Shown here: positions 1 through 9,343 of the stretch, in pieces
Numbering within the stretch: position 1 is the stretch's first letter
Layout of the letters: each line of letters starts with the position of its first letter
Source: a virus
Taxonomy: Duplodnaviria > Heunggongvirae > Uroviricota > Caudoviricetes
Direction: 5' to 3' (one strand)
DNA length: 64,000 bases
Virus record (IMG/VR): IMGVR_UViG_3300032007_001569
Notes under the pieces: generated by a model
What the model saw: only the letters and a program-made list of their open reading frames with translations
What the model was told of the DNA's origin: nothing
The model's database searches: none
Program-made: the position numbers and the translations under genes

Positions 1-321
1 CATATTTGCCTGTGGACATTTCAAAATCAGATCGACACCATAAGTATAGCTTCGTAGAGTGCTGTCACGCTCCGGCTTATACAACTCCAAGCATTTTTGT
101 ACTAATTGTCCAACGGTTGTTTTGCCAGAAGTCCCAGATAATCCATTTAGCAATCGTTTAGTTACTTCTTCCTCCTTCTCTCTGAGTTCTTCTAATGTCT
201 TACCATAAATAGTCTTTCTGACACCATTCGATTCTGTAAAACGATATTGATACCGCCCATCCTTTCTCTGGCTTTCACCTTCCTTCAATATGCGTTTTTT
301 ACTATCACGCCTTTTATCCAT
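1..321 (-). CDS. int: Tyrosine integrase, N-terminal part only (gene continues past the left window edge); Tn916 Int-like
   Basis: The reverse-complement translation MDKRRDSKKRILKEGESQRKDGRYQYRFTESNG...TVGQLVQKCLELYKPERDSTLRSYTYGVDLILK closely resembles the arm-binding and SAM-like N-terminus of the Tn916 integrase. The ATG is at 321-319. The ORF is not in the supplied track because it is partial. Confidence 0.6.
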   Translation of the reverse strand, partial: MDKRRDSKKRILKEGESQRKDGRYQYRFTESNGVRKTIYGKTLEELREKEEEVTKRLLNGLSGTSGKTTVGQLVQKCLELYKPERDSTLRSYTYGVDLILKCPQANM

Positions 322-410
322 GCGATGCTCCTTTCCTGCTAGAGAAAATAGAGCCTCGATATGACGTAATTATTATATCACATCGAAGCTCTATTTGTGA
401 GTCTTATTTG

Positions 411-611
411 TTAAATGGAGTATTGTGATTCAATATATTTGTCAAATTGTTTGCGCTTTATCAGCCTTTTATTCCCAACCAATATCACAAAGTTACAGGT
501 TTTCTCGTTTGTGATTTGTCTCAGTTTTTTGGTGCCAATGTTACTATATGCCGCAGCCTCTTCCAGGGTTAGGTTGCTCTTTTCCCAAATTGGAATTTCG
601 ATCTTGCCCAC
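411..611 (-). CDS. xis: Excisionase (Tn916 Xis-like HTH protein)
   Basis: The 66-aa protein MGKIEIPIWEKSNLTLEEAAAYSNIGTKKLRQ...IKRKQFDKYI is near-collinear with Tn916 Xis ([27 protein letters not shown]...IKRKQFEKII). It lies directly upstream of int on the same strand. Confidence 0.6.
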   Translation of the reverse strand: MGKIEIPIWEKSNLTLEEAAAYSNIGTKKLRQITNEKTCNFVILVGNKRLIKRKQFDKYIESQYSI

Positions 612-637
612 AACGCGCCTCCATCTTTAGGCGATTT

Positions 638-1069
638 CTACTTTGTCCCGGTTGAACCAAAGCCGCCACGGTCTTCTCCTTCGAGATGGTCAACCTCTAT
701 AAATTCTACCGGTTCCATTCTCTTGGTGATGCGGAATTGGCAAATCCTATCGCCTTCGTGGATAACAGTGTGGCGCATTGCCAGCGCAGGAAATCCCCAA
801 ATATCATTGTCGCCAGAGTAGCTATTGTCAATGACACCGTAAGAATTTGTCTGGAGGATTCCCCACTTCTTGAACGTCGAGCTGCGCGGGACGATGTTTG
901 CCTCATACCCATCTGGCAACTTCATCGAGACGCCCAAAGAGATGATCCTGAACTCTCCTTCATCCATTTCACAAGTCTCAGCGGCGCGCAGGTCAATCCA
1001 GTCTCCTTCGGCGATCTTCTGAATCTTTTCGATGTTTTTATTGTGGTATTTGATCTGAATGGTTTTCAT
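638..1069 (-). CDS. dut: dUTP diphosphatase
   Basis: 143 aa with dUTPase motifs [15 protein letters not shown] and RI-QL. The size is typical of trimeric dUTPases. Confidence 0.8.
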   Translation of the reverse strand: MKTIQIKYHNKNIEKIQKIAEGDWIDLRAAETCEMDEGEFRIISLGVSMKLPDGYEANIVPRSSTFKKWGILQTNSYGVIDNSYSGDNDIWGFPALAMRHTVIHEGDRICQFRITKRMEPVEFIEVDHLEGEDRGGFGSTGTK

Positions 1070-1081
1070 CTTTTATTCTCC

Positions 1082-1480
1082 TTATATGGCTACATGTTTG
1101 AAAATCTCTGGTTCTTCCGCTTCCCAAAAACCGTCTTTTGCTTCGTTCCATACGAAATACATTCTCATATCATCGCCAGCGCTATTGTACAGGCCGGGGA
1201 ATTTGCACAGAATGAAAGCCGCATTAAAGACGCCGCCATCTCGTATGTCAAGCGCGTTTTCATGTAAGGCGTTCACAGCAGATTCCAGCTCATAGTAAAA
1301 GCCAACAGAGTCGCCAGAAGTATCAGGCCAACCGGTCGGTTTTCCATTTGGAAGTATATACTCTTTTGCCGCTTCATTCATAAGATATATTTCGTAGATC
1401 GGCGGTTGACCGCCTCTGGTTTCGGATAGGTGTTCAAATAGTTCTTTATCAATCATCCTTACCCACCACCATACAAACAA
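1082..1480 (-). CDS. hypothetical protein
   Basis: 132-aa ORF in the co-directional gene array; no recognisable motifs. Confidence 0.3.
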   Translation of the reverse strand: MFVWWWVRMIDKELFEHLSETRGGQPPIYEIYLMNEAAKEYILPNGKPTGWPDTSGDSVGFYYELESAVNALHENALDIRDGGVFNAAFILCKFPGLYNSAGDDMRMYFVWNEAKDGFWEAEEPEIFKHVAI

Positions 1481-2087
1481 TTATTGAACCGATTGCATTC
1501 CCAATCGACACACAAATAATCTGTGCGATTGCCGCGAATGAAAATATGCGAGCCGCCGCGAAGAAAAACATATCTGCGATGCTATGCTCAAATCCACACA
1601 GCAGGAATGTTGGAATACCCAGCAGAATACCGGCAATCGTTTTATCTTGCTTGAACGCATCAACCGCCACATACATCAACATGCCGCACAGCATGGAAAG
1701 CGCGAGTGTTTGCGCCGCGTTCTGCGCCAGTCTGTTTTCAACAATCTTACCGGCCAGGTCTACGATGTGTTTATTTGCTGTGGAGGCAATAGCCGCAAGA
1801 AGCATTGCCCCAATCAAATTGCCAAGCCATGTAAGCGCCAGTTGTTTGATAAACACCTTATTTCGGAGAGTGACTAAATAACCTATCTTCCCGGTAAATA
1901 GCCACAAGCTATTTCTGCAAATGGTGAACAAGCCGATGCAGAATAGAAGAGAGCCGACGTATTTGCTTTCGCATATAAGCCATGCGATGCCGCCAACGCC
2001 GATGAACATACCGGCGAGTATGGCGCGGTAAAGTATGGAGAATACATCAAACCCTGGTGCGTTTGTATTATTGTTTTGTGATTCCAT
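1449..2087 (-). CDS. Formate/nitrite transporter (FNT)-like membrane protein
   Basis: Hydrophobic 212-aa protein containing CGFEHSIADMFFF, which resembles the FocA/NirC signature GFEHSIANMF. It is shorter than canonical FNT proteins, so the N-terminus is uncertain. Confidence 0.45.
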   Translation of the reverse strand: MESQNNNTNAPGFDVFSILYRAILAGMFIGVGGIAWLICESKYVGSLLFCIGLFTICRNSLWLFTGKIGYLVTLRNKVFIKQLALTWLGNLIGAMLLAAIASTANKHIVDLAGKIVENRLAQNAAQTLALSMLCGMLMYVAVDAFKQDKTIAGILLGIPTFLLCGFEHSIADMFFFAAARIFSFAAIAQIICVSIGNAIGSIIVCMVVGKDD

Positions 2088-2091
2088 CTAT

Positions 2092-2490
2092 TTACTTCCT
2101 TGTTTTGCACGACTGAACACGGTCGATTGTAGTATCTGAAAATACTTTTTGTCCACAACTAAAGCAGAACTTCATATCCTTTTTTAGGTGCTCACCGCAG
2201 ATTGGGCAATGGTAAATCGTCTGTGTTCTGGTGTCATATTCGTATTTGTGGCAGTACATCCGAAGCGGATCATCCATTGTCCTTCCCTTTCGGACAATGG
2301 GTGTGGCGGTCTCAAGCCTGAACTCGCAAGCCTCCCAGTCAATTCCCATTCCCGCGCTGGATATTGGAATGCCCATCCTGCCGCCAACCGAAGGCTCGTC
2401 AAGCGTCACAACGACTTCCGCGTGCGCATGATCTCTATTGAGTGCCAATTCGACGCGCCTTTTCAATTCAATTAGTTGCATTGTCAACAC
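2092..2490 (-). CDS. hypothetical protein with C-terminal zinc ribbon
   Basis: The C-terminus carries a CPICGEH...CFSCGQK zinc ribbon. Confidence 0.3.
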   Translation of the reverse strand: MLTMQLIELKRRVELALNRDHAHAEVVVTLDEPSVGGRMGIPISSAGMGIDWEACEFRLETATPIVRKGRTMDDPLRMYCHKYEYDTRTQTIYHCPICGEHLKKDMKFCFSCGQKVFSDTTIDRVQSCKTRK

Positions 2491-2828
2491 CTTTTATCCC
2501 TGTATTTATCACTGTTCCAATGTGCAATCGCCGCCTTGACTGACGTAAAATCGTCGGAGCAGTCAAGGCAGTCTTCGCACATAATATACCAAACATTCTG
2601 CGGGTCAAATATGGTTCTTCCCGTGCAGATATTCAGATTGTTGCCGCCACAGTACCGACACGGCAGGAGCTTACTGCGATATTTTGCCGTATATTTTAGC
2701 GCGTCGTCGAATCTTTTTGCCAAGGGAACTCCTGCTTGAAATCGTCGCCCATGATTTCTCTGAGCGATTCTTTCATAAAGATCGGCGTGCGCGTTCTGGC
2801 GCATGAGTTGACAAGCTCCATTATCCAC
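2484..2828 (-). CDS. hypothetical Cys-rich protein
   Basis: 114-aa ORF with several Cys pairs, co-directional with its neighbours. Confidence 0.3.
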   Translation of the reverse strand: MDNGACQLMRQNAHADLYERIAQRNHGRRFQAGVPLAKRFDDALKYTAKYRSKLLPCRYCGGNNLNICTGRTIFDPQNVWYIMCEDCLDCSDDFTSVKAAIAHWNSDKYRDKRC

Positions 2829-3475
2829 TCCTTTTCGGGAACTACCTTTCCCTTTCTGTTCCCGGTTTCCGCGCCGACAATAATCCAGTTCACAAAAGCA
2901 TCGTCATCGCCCAGCCCAGTAAACGGCTCCATAATCGGCTCAATGCTCAAAAATGTATTGAACATCAGATGACTCCAGAATTGGCTGCGCTTGTAAGGAG
3001 TTGTAGAGCCGAACCAGAAATTGGGCTTGCATGGCAGTATTCCTTTGCCCAGCAGGTCTAAATACCGCGTCGGGTTCTTTGTGAGGAACAAATAGGTGTG
3101 CTGAGGGGCATTTCCGCACGAATAAAATATCTGTTTTATCCACTCGTCAGGAACCCAATTTCCGAACAAATCTGCCATAGAACAGACGAAAATTGACCTT
3201 CCACGCCCTATTTTTGCCGGTTCATCGAGCTTATATCGGTAAAAAGTGGGTTCAAATCCATATGGATATGGTGATATAACCAATTTCCCATCTTTTTGAT
3301 ATTTGTAGGCCGGAGAATCTAAAACATGAATGTGCTCGTCGTCTGCGCCGTCGCCAGCAAACCTTTTGGCAATGCCTCGTGCATAACAGTATGGGCAGTC
3401 ATGATAGCAGCCCGATACTGGGTTCCACGAATCATCACACCAATCTATCTTCGTGTTTAATCCCACTTGCACCAC
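2696..3475 (-). CDS. Phage Gp37/Gp68 family protein (DUF5131)
   Basis: The N-terminus KIDWCDDSWNPVSGCYHDCPYCYA matches the family hallmark (I-x-W-x-D-x-x-WNP-x-x-GC...C-x-x-CYA). Confidence 0.55.
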   Translation of the reverse strand: MVQVGLNTKIDWCDDSWNPVSGCYHDCPYCYARGIAKRFAGDGADDEHIHVLDSPAYKYQKDGKLVISPYPYGFEPTFYRYKLDEPAKIGRGRSIFVCSMADLFGNWVPDEWIKQIFYSCGNAPQHTYLFLTKNPTRYLDLLGKGILPCKPNFWFGSTTPYKRSQFWSHLMFNTFLSIEPIMEPFTGLGDDDAFVNWIIVGAETGNRKGKVVPEKEWIMELVNSCARTRTPIFMKESLREIMGDDFKQEFPWQKDSTTR

Positions 3476-3478
3476 CCC

Positions 3479-3754
3479 TTATATCAACGCGGTAATTTTG
3501 AAATCCTTGGCGAAGTCTTCGGGAGAGACAACCTTGTCGTCACTTCCGTCATCGGCTCCATAGAAAACCGCAACCTTTCCGTTGCAGGTGTTCGCCACAC
3601 CGGTTTTGCCGGTCGCTAGTTCAACAACCTCTATGGTGTGGCAACGCGGTTCGTTCATAACCAATTTGGCGTATTCGTTCATGCTGTCTCTCCCCCTATT
3701 GCCGCATCGTCGTTGATCCTGTTTGTCTCTGAGCTTGGCTCTATTATACACCAT
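3479..3754 (-). CDS. hypothetical protein
   Basis: 91-aa ORF directly downstream of promoter P1. Confidence 0.3.
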   Translation of the reverse strand: MVYNRAKLRDKQDQRRCGNRGRDSMNEYAKLVMNEPRCHTIEVVELATGKTGVANTCNGKVAVFYGADDGSDDKVVSPEDFAKDFKITALI

Positions 3755-3771
3755 TTTAGCTTCATTGTCAA
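3743..3771 (-). promoter_or_regulatory. sigma70-type promoter P1 (TTGACA-17-TATAAT)
   Basis: Minus strand TTGACAATGAAGCTAAAATGGTGTATAAT, upstream of ORF 3479-3754. Confidence 0.6.
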
Positions 3772-3789
3772 TATATTATGGCAATTATT

Positions 3790-4293
3790 CTAAATCATTT
3801 CAACGACTTGCCCTGTAATAATTGTTCTGTTGACATCAATAATGCGCTGGTTCCTGCTTCCGCGAAACGGCAGCGATAGACACTTTTGCTTAATATCAAA
3901 AGCTCCGTCAACTATTACGTCGCAGATGGCGGCAAATTCAATTTGCGCATCTGTTTCAAATAGATCGTCATAACTGTAACCGGTGTAAACCCACAGTTTC
4001 TTTTCTGGATGATAGAGCTTAAATCTGCCACCGACATATGTAGTAAACGGGATGTTTGCTTCGGCAAACGGTTCCCCGCCTGATATTGTCAGCCTGACAA
4101 TGTTTGGATCGTCCAAACATCTAAATAGCTTTTCGTCGGTTTCCTTTGTATAAGGCATTCCGCCAAACCAGTTCCATGTCTGCGGATTGTGACAGCCTGG
4201 ACAATGGCGGGCGCAACCCTGTACAAACAGAGTCGCGCCAACGCCAAGGCCATTGTTAATGTCATATGTTTCAATTCCTGCGTATCGCCACAT
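3790..4293 (-). CDS. nrdG: Anaerobic ribonucleotide reductase activating protein (radical SAM)
   Basis: 167 aa with a CARHCPGCHNP (CxxxCxxC) cluster, sitting next to nrdD. Confidence 0.75.
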   Translation of the reverse strand: MWRYAGIETYDINNGLGVGATLFVQGCARHCPGCHNPQTWNWFGGMPYTKETDEKLFRCLDDPNIVRLTISGGEPFAEANIPFTTYVGGRFKLYHPEKKLWVYTGYSYDDLFETDAQIEFAAICDVIVDGAFDIKQKCLSLPFRGSRNQRIIDVNRTIITGQVVEMI

Positions 4294-4371
4294 AGTATTA
4301 CCTCGTATGCTTTACACGCATCTCGACTTCTTGCTGCTTGCCTTCGTTAAAGGCGGTCTTGTAATCTCCTG

Positions 4372-5004
4372 TTAAATCACATTTGTGGACTGTTCCTTAC
4401 CCCGTGAGGTAGTCGTGTCCAGTCTCTGCATTCCGAAAAATACGTCATAATCTTTGATATGAGATCGCCGTGTTTTTAGTCTGAATCTCATTGATTCAAA
4501 ACTCGCGCCATATTCCTTTGCCAAAAACCGCGCACAATCCGCGTAGGAGCAAAAGCTAATCGTGTTGCCATCTTTTATTAAATCAACAGGCTTCATTCGT
4601 AGTGCCCTGGCAATCGCCAGATTGTTGGTTCCCCTTATTGATATGTTTGAATGATCCCGATTCTTCATCTGCTCGCTTCTTGTGACATACCTTAGATTTG
4701 TATATGAGTTGTTGTGCGTGTTTCTATCAATGTGGTCAACTTCATATCCATCCGGTTTGTCTCCAAGCCAACACTCAGCAACGGCAACATGGATCATTAC
4801 TCTTTTTGTGATTGCATTTTTGCTTCTCCCGCCAAGATGGACAAATGTGACATAATACCCATCTTTAGAATGGTGGTAATCGAGTTTGATTTTGCTTTGC
4901 TTTTTTGATTTTACATTTCTGAATATTGTGCCATTACTATTGATCTCATATAGATAATTCAAAGACTTTATCTTCCGAAACTCAAGATTTGAGTTTTCAC
5001 CCAT
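4372..5004 (-). CDS. HNH homing endonuclease
   Basis: GYEVDHIDRNTHNNSYTNLRYVTRSEQ is an HNH motif. The gene is free-standing between nrdG and nrdD, the classic position of phage homing endonucleases. Confidence 0.65.
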   Translation of the reverse strand: MGENSNLEFRKIKSLNYLYEINSNGTIFRNVKSKKQSKIKLDYHHSKDGYYVTFVHLGGRSKNAITKRVMIHVAVAECWLGDKPDGYEVDHIDRNTHNNSYTNLRYVTRSEQMKNRDHSNISIRGTNNLAIARALRMKPVDLIKDGNTISFCSYADCARFLAKEYGASFESMRFRLKTRRSHIKDYDVFFGMQRLDTTTSRGKEQSTNVI

Positions 5005-5084
5005 CCCTTGATACCCCCTTAACCATTATTTGATTTCTGTCCCTTATTAGGGAACCAGTTAAAGGAACGCCATATCCAATAGCT

Positions 5085-7373
5085 TTACGACATTTGAGGG
5101 GCATTTCCACAGGAGGATAACCCCGTTACTCTGCGGAGACGGCTGATATTTGTGCTTCCGCATACCGGGCACTCATTGCCGATCTCGTCCGTATAACCGC
5201 AATTATTGCAAGTGTCATTGGGGACGTTCACGGCGAAATACGGAATGTCCTTATCCATCGCATAATTGACGATTTGTTCAAGCGCGTCGATGTTGTTCTT
5301 CGCGCCGGAGTTCAGTTCGACATAGGTGATGCAACCAGCATTTGAGTAGCCCGTCAACTGCGATTCAATGTCGATCTTCTCAAACGGATTGACATTTCGC
5401 CAGACAGGGACGTGAATTGAGTTTGTAAAGATCTTCCGGTCTGAGACATTAGGAATCTCGCCGTACTTTTCCTTAAACCGCTTCATCGCAGTAAAGCAAA
5501 GATTCTCGGCGGGTGTGAAGTACACACCGAAATTCAAGTGGTACTGCTGTTTGAACTCTGCGCAACGATCCTTGAAAAGCTGCTCGATTCGCTTCGCCAG
5601 TTCCATGCCGCGATCTTCGGTGTGGTCACAGCCAATTAGGATTTGCAGCGTTTCGGCAAGGCCAAGCTGACCGATGACCAGCGTACCGTGCTTCATGGCT
5701 GATTCAACGGTTTTGCCGTCATACCCGGCCATTGTGTTGTTCTCGTACATAAACTTCGCACTCTCCGGCGACTGAGAACAGATGTAATGGTAGCGTTCCA
5801 GGAGCATGTCCTTGGCCTCGTGAATCTTCTGGTCAAGCAACTGCATAAATGAATCGACGACACCATTCTGCTGTTCGGCATCGGTGAACAAATTTCCCTT
5901 GGCAGGGAATCCCTCTTTGGTCTCCATTGCCAGTGTCGGCATGATAACCGTCACGGGGCATATATTGCCGCGACCATCTTTGAGCTGGCCGAAGCCGTTG
6001 ATGTCTAGGCCGTTCGCCGTCCTACAGCCCATTGTACTGAAGTATGTGCGCGGATCGTTGATGTCGTAACCGGCGTTGTTTGACCAATCAACATTTGCGT
6101 AGTTCGGATAAAGCCGACGAGCCGTTGACTTCAATGCTAAGCGGAACAGATCGTAATTCGGTTCGCCCTGTTTGCGGTTTACACCCTTCATGCACTGGAA
6201 GATTCCGCAGGGGAAAATTGGCGTCTTGTGCAGACGGCCAATGCCTGAGATGGACACATCCAGCAAGCACTTCGTGACAAGACGGCCTTCTTCAAGGGTG
6301 CATGTGCCGTAATTAATTGACGTGAATGGCAACTGATTGCCAGACCGGCTTTGGAGTGTATTTAGATTATGGTACATTCCCTCCACAGCTTGTTTCGTCT
6401 CAATGATTGTGTCATACAAAGCGCTCTGATAATACTTGCGGTTCAAATCCGCATTGCCAAGTTTGAAATCGGATTCTGCCCCGCCCGTTTTCTCGAAGAA
6501 CCGTTCTTTGTTCTTGTCAATCCAATCATCCAGTTTATTGCGAACAACTCTGACAGTTCCGGTATCCTCTTCGTATGAATCGAAAAGCAAATCCATGAGA
6601 TCAAGTTCGCCAAAATCTGGATTATCCTTGAGCCATGCGACGATATAGTGCTTCATGAAGCTCTTGCGGACATACGGAACCATCGTCCAATCCAGGTGTG
6701 TGGCGCTGACGCCGCCGAACTGCTGCAAGCTCTGAAGCTGGAATAGCACAGCCACAAGCTGAAACGCCGTGTTCACAGACTGCGCCGGGCGAACATCTGT
6801 CTGCCTGGTATTGAAACCCTTGGAAAGCAGATCATCAAACGGAATTGAAAGACAGTTATGGTCTCCAATCGCGTAATGATTCAGGTCATGAACATAGATT
6901 TCGTTGTTTAGGTGGTTGTTTCGCGCCATCTCAGACATACAGTTATTCAGCGCATACTGTTTCATAATCTCGTCTGACGCTGCGCCAATGCGACCGCCGA
7001 AAGAGCGCTCGTCAACATTGGCGTTCTGGTTGTCAATCTTCTGCGCACCCAGCTTTTCACCGAACTTCTGAATTAATTCGCTGTTGTTTTCGCGAACGCG
7101 ATTCCGGTCATTTCGATAGATGATATAGGCGCGCGCAACATCTTTACGGTCACTTGCCATCAGCTTCTCTTCGACCAAATTCTGAATGTCCTCGACACCC
7201 AAATCCTGATCGAGCGCTTCGATGTAGTCTGCAATACTGTTCGCCGTGTCAATGGCATAGGCGCTGATCTTGCCGTCCGTCTCTACGAACGCCTTTTGAA
7301 TGGCGGCGATGATCTTGCCCTTTTGGAAAACAACTTCTCTGCCATCTCGTTTTGTGACTTTTCTCATTAGCAT
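5085..7373 (-). CDS. nrdD: Anaerobic ribonucleoside-triphosphate reductase (class III)
   Basis: 762 aa with an N-terminal ATP-cone-like region, a C-terminal Zn ribbon CNNCGY...CPVCGS and a glycyl-radical region RRVTGLSSCGN. Confidence 0.9.
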   Translation of the reverse strand: MLMRKVTKRDGREVVFQKGKIIAAIQKAFVETDGKISAYAIDTANSIADYIEALDQDLGVEDIQNLVEEKLMASDRKDVARAYIIYRNDRNRVRENNSELIQKFGEKLGAQKIDNQNANVDERSFGGRIGAASDEIMKQYALNNCMSEMARNNHLNNEIYVHDLNHYAIGDHNCLSIPFDDLLSKGFNTRQTDVRPAQSVNTAFQLVAVLFQLQSLQQFGGVSATHLDWTMVPYVRKSFMKHYIVAWLKDNPDFGELDLMDLLFDSYEEDTGTVRVVRNKLDDWIDKNKERFFEKTGGAESDFKLGNADLNRKYYQSALYDTIIETKQAVEGMYHNLNTLQSRSGNQLPFTSINYGTCTLEEGRLVTKCLLDVSISGIGRLHKTPIFPCGIFQCMKGVNRKQGEPNYDLFRLALKSTARRLYPNYANVDWSNNAGYDINDPRTYFSTMGCRTANGLDINGFGQLKDGRGNICPVTVIMPTLAMETKEGFPAKGNLFTDAEQQNGVVDSFMQLLDQKIHEAKDMLLERYHYICSQSPESAKFMYENNTMAGYDGKTVESAMKHGTLVIGQLGLAETLQILIGCDHTEDRGMELAKRIEQLFKDRCAEFKQQYHLNFGVYFTPAENLCFTAMKRFKEKYGEIPNVSDRKIFTNSIHVPVWRNVNPFEKIDIESQLTGYSNAGCITYVELNSGAKNNIDALEQIVNYAMDKDIPYFAVNVPNDTCNNCGYTDEIGNECPVCGSTNISRLRRVTGLSSCGNAPQMS

Positions 7374-7382
7374 TCCTCCATA

Positions 7383-7925
7383 TCAAATAAAGTAACCCTT
7401 GATGTATTCCGCCGTGTCAGCTACGTTCTTTTCGCGCCTGAATAGCGAATCCTCGATCCAAGGATGGACTTCATTTTCGCCAAAGCCAATCACGTAGATA
7501 TGTTTGCCGCCAAATGAGTTGACGGCATTCACGTAGCCAAGCTCCATGTGTGTTCCGATGCTACTCTCAATATTTGCCAGGTTGACAACCATCACATCGC
7601 ATTGCCTGAGCTGGTTCAACTCAAACTCCTTGACTTCCCGCTCTGACTTGTGGAGATTCTGCTCATAATTGTAGAACTCAGGCGGGTGAAAGAATTTGTA
7701 TATTGTATCGCCATTTGACAGATACCATTGCAGTCGCTTTCGCCATCCGTAGTATTCATCAAACGTTAGTCCCTTCATTGCGCCAGCCGTATAAATCTTG
7801 ATCTCACTCATCACCATACTCCGTTTGAACCTCTTTGACGGCTTCGGTAATATGATCGCGAAGGTCATCAATGGTCTTGGCAATCTTTTCGTTGTGTTCT
7901 TCAATCGCCTTATCCAAGGCTTCAA
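7383..7925 (-). CDS. Nucleoside 2-deoxyribosyltransferase-like protein
   Basis: KIYTAGAM and GTHMELGYV resemble the NDT family motifs KIYLAGP and GT-x-E-xG. The true start is probably an internal Met near 7817. Confidence 0.5.
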   Translation of the reverse strand: MKPWIRRLKNTTKRLPRPLMTFAIILPKPSKRFKRSMVMSEIKIYTAGAMKGLTFDEYYGWRKRLQWYLSNGDTIYKFFHPPEFYNYEQNLHKSEREVKEFELNQLRQCDVMVVNLANIESSIGTHMELGYVNAVNSFGGKHIYVIGFGENEVHPWIEDSLFRREKNVADTAEYIKGYFI

Positions 7926-8496
7926 CCTCTTGTTCTGGCGTCAGTTGGAAGCGTTCATTGACCAAACAAATATCTACTTCCTTTTCAACGCCGTCAAACT
8001 GTCCGACATCTGAAAGGCTGCGCCGGTAGGCTTCCTCAATGTCATCACCACGGTTCAGCATGGAAACCAAGCGCGACCGCCTATCAACATAGAGATATAC
8101 AATGATTGGGCTATTGTCACTGAACATGTTGTATGTTCTTAAAGCGCGGAATCCAGCGGGCGTCAGCACGACGATTGCCTTATCCAGCTCGCAATCTTCA
8201 CGCGCCGTACCATAGCGCCAGTTTCGATACATGTTCTCTTCAACAAAAAAATCTCTTTTTGAAAACTCGTCAAAGGCTGCTTCGGACAGGAAATGGTAGT
8301 CTACACCATCCTGCTCGCCTTCGCGCGGCGGGCGCGTCGTGTAGGTGACAATTCGCCTGTATTCCGGGTGTTTTTTGACATACTCTTTGACAAGGGTTGT
8401 CTTGCCGCTTGCCGATTCGCCAACAACAACGATCATATTACATCGCCTCCTAAATCTAATGCTTCTGCTTTTTCGAGTAGTGATAAGCTGTTCCAC
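7804..8496 (-). CDS. Guanylate kinase-like deoxynucleoside monophosphate kinase
   Basis: P-loop GESASGKTTL plus the guanylate-kinase signature TTRPPREGEQDGVDYHF. Confidence 0.7.
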   Translation of the reverse strand: MEQLITTRKSRSIRFRRRCNMIVVVGESASGKTTLVKEYVKKHPEYRRIVTYTTRPPREGEQDGVDYHFLSEAAFDEFSKRDFFVEENMYRNWRYGTAREDCELDKAIVVLTPAGFRALRTYNMFSDNSPIIVYLYVDRRSRLVSMLNRGDDIEEAYRRSLSDVGQFDGVEKEVDICLVNERFQLTPEQEVEALDKAIEEHNEKIAKTIDDLRDHITEAVKEVQTEYGDE

Positions 8497-8669
8497 GCTT
8501 CTTCAACATATTCGCTCGCGTGCTTTTTGCAGTAATCGTGATAATCTATTCGATATTCTGCGGGATTGCCGCAGACATCACAAACGACAACTTCAACATT
8601 CGCCAAAGGGCAAAAACTTCCAATGCACGGCAACTGGCAATCAACACATTGATTCTCGTGGACTGTCAT
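8433..8669 (-). CDS. small Cys-rich protein
   Basis: 78 aa containing CVDCQLPC...CDVCG. Confidence 0.3.
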   Translation of the reverse strand: MTVHENQCVDCQLPCIGSFCPLANVEVVVCDVCGNPAEYRIDYHDYCKKHASEYVEEAWNSLSLLEKAEALDLGGDVI

Positions 8670-9343
8670 TGCAGCTCCCTCTTCGGCCTCCTACCGCAGC
8701 CACGCTTCTCGGGGCAATAGCCCAGCATATCGCACCACGGCATCATGTACTTCTCGACGATGAGCTTCCATTCGTCCGAAATGCCTTTGAGCGCCGCTAA
8801 GACATCCGCGAACATCTCGCGGAACTCCCAATAGGCGCGAGTACACATGCGCGGATGCGACATGTCAATCAGATTGCGCAGATTGCGCTTGTCTACAACG
8901 CGAGTCTCCATGCCGAGCGGGAGAAGCATCCCTGCATCCTCGCGCGAAACGCCGATCTCTTCAAGCTGCTGAACGGCCTTAGAGATCGAATCCATGACAC
9001 TGTTGTAGATATTGGTAGCCTGGTCATTTGCGGCAATCGTTTTAGGGGACACGTAGGGGAAATCGGCATAATTAATGTATCGCGTGCTGGCCTGAAGTCT
9101 CGTTGGCGCGCCACCAATATGCGTATACCATTCGCGGATTACACGCGCGGAGTAGCCATCGAGCACCATTTCAACATTGACAAATTCAAGCGTTCGCCCA
9201 TGATTGGATTCAAGGCAGTCAAGACCGCGCTTGTAATTTTTCTTTTCATCTGAGATGTCTGCGCCCCAACAGACACCAGCCCGCCGACCAATCAGACTGA
9301 TTGGGTCTTTTGTCGTTTCGGGAAGAATCGTAATTGTTCCCAT
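8666..9343 (-). CDS. thyX: FAD-dependent thymidylate synthase
   Basis: About 225 aa, the size of ThyX. QASTRY matches the ThyX Q-x-S-x-RY motif, there is an NHGRT region, and the gene sits in a nucleotide-metabolism context. Confidence 0.55.
   Translation of the reverse strand: MGTITILPETTKDPISLIGRRAGVCWGADISDEKKNYKRGLDCLESNHGRTLEFVNVEMVLDGYSARVIREWYTHIGGAPTRLQASTRYINYADFPYVSPKTIAANDQATNIYNSVMDSISKAVQQLEEIGVSREDAGMLLPLGMETRVVDKRNLRNLIDMSHPRMCTRAYWEFREMFADVLAALKGISDEWKLIVEKYMMPWCDMLGYCPEKRGCGRRPKRELQ

Noticed and set aside
686-1267. Long plus-strand ORFs inside minus-strand genes (for example 686-1267, 10601-11017, 29548-30366, 40822-41613, 47834-49321 antisense to istA)
   Set aside because: They are antisense to genes with clear homology (dut, dnaE, MTase, istA) and lack RBSs. 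They are typical shadow ORFs.
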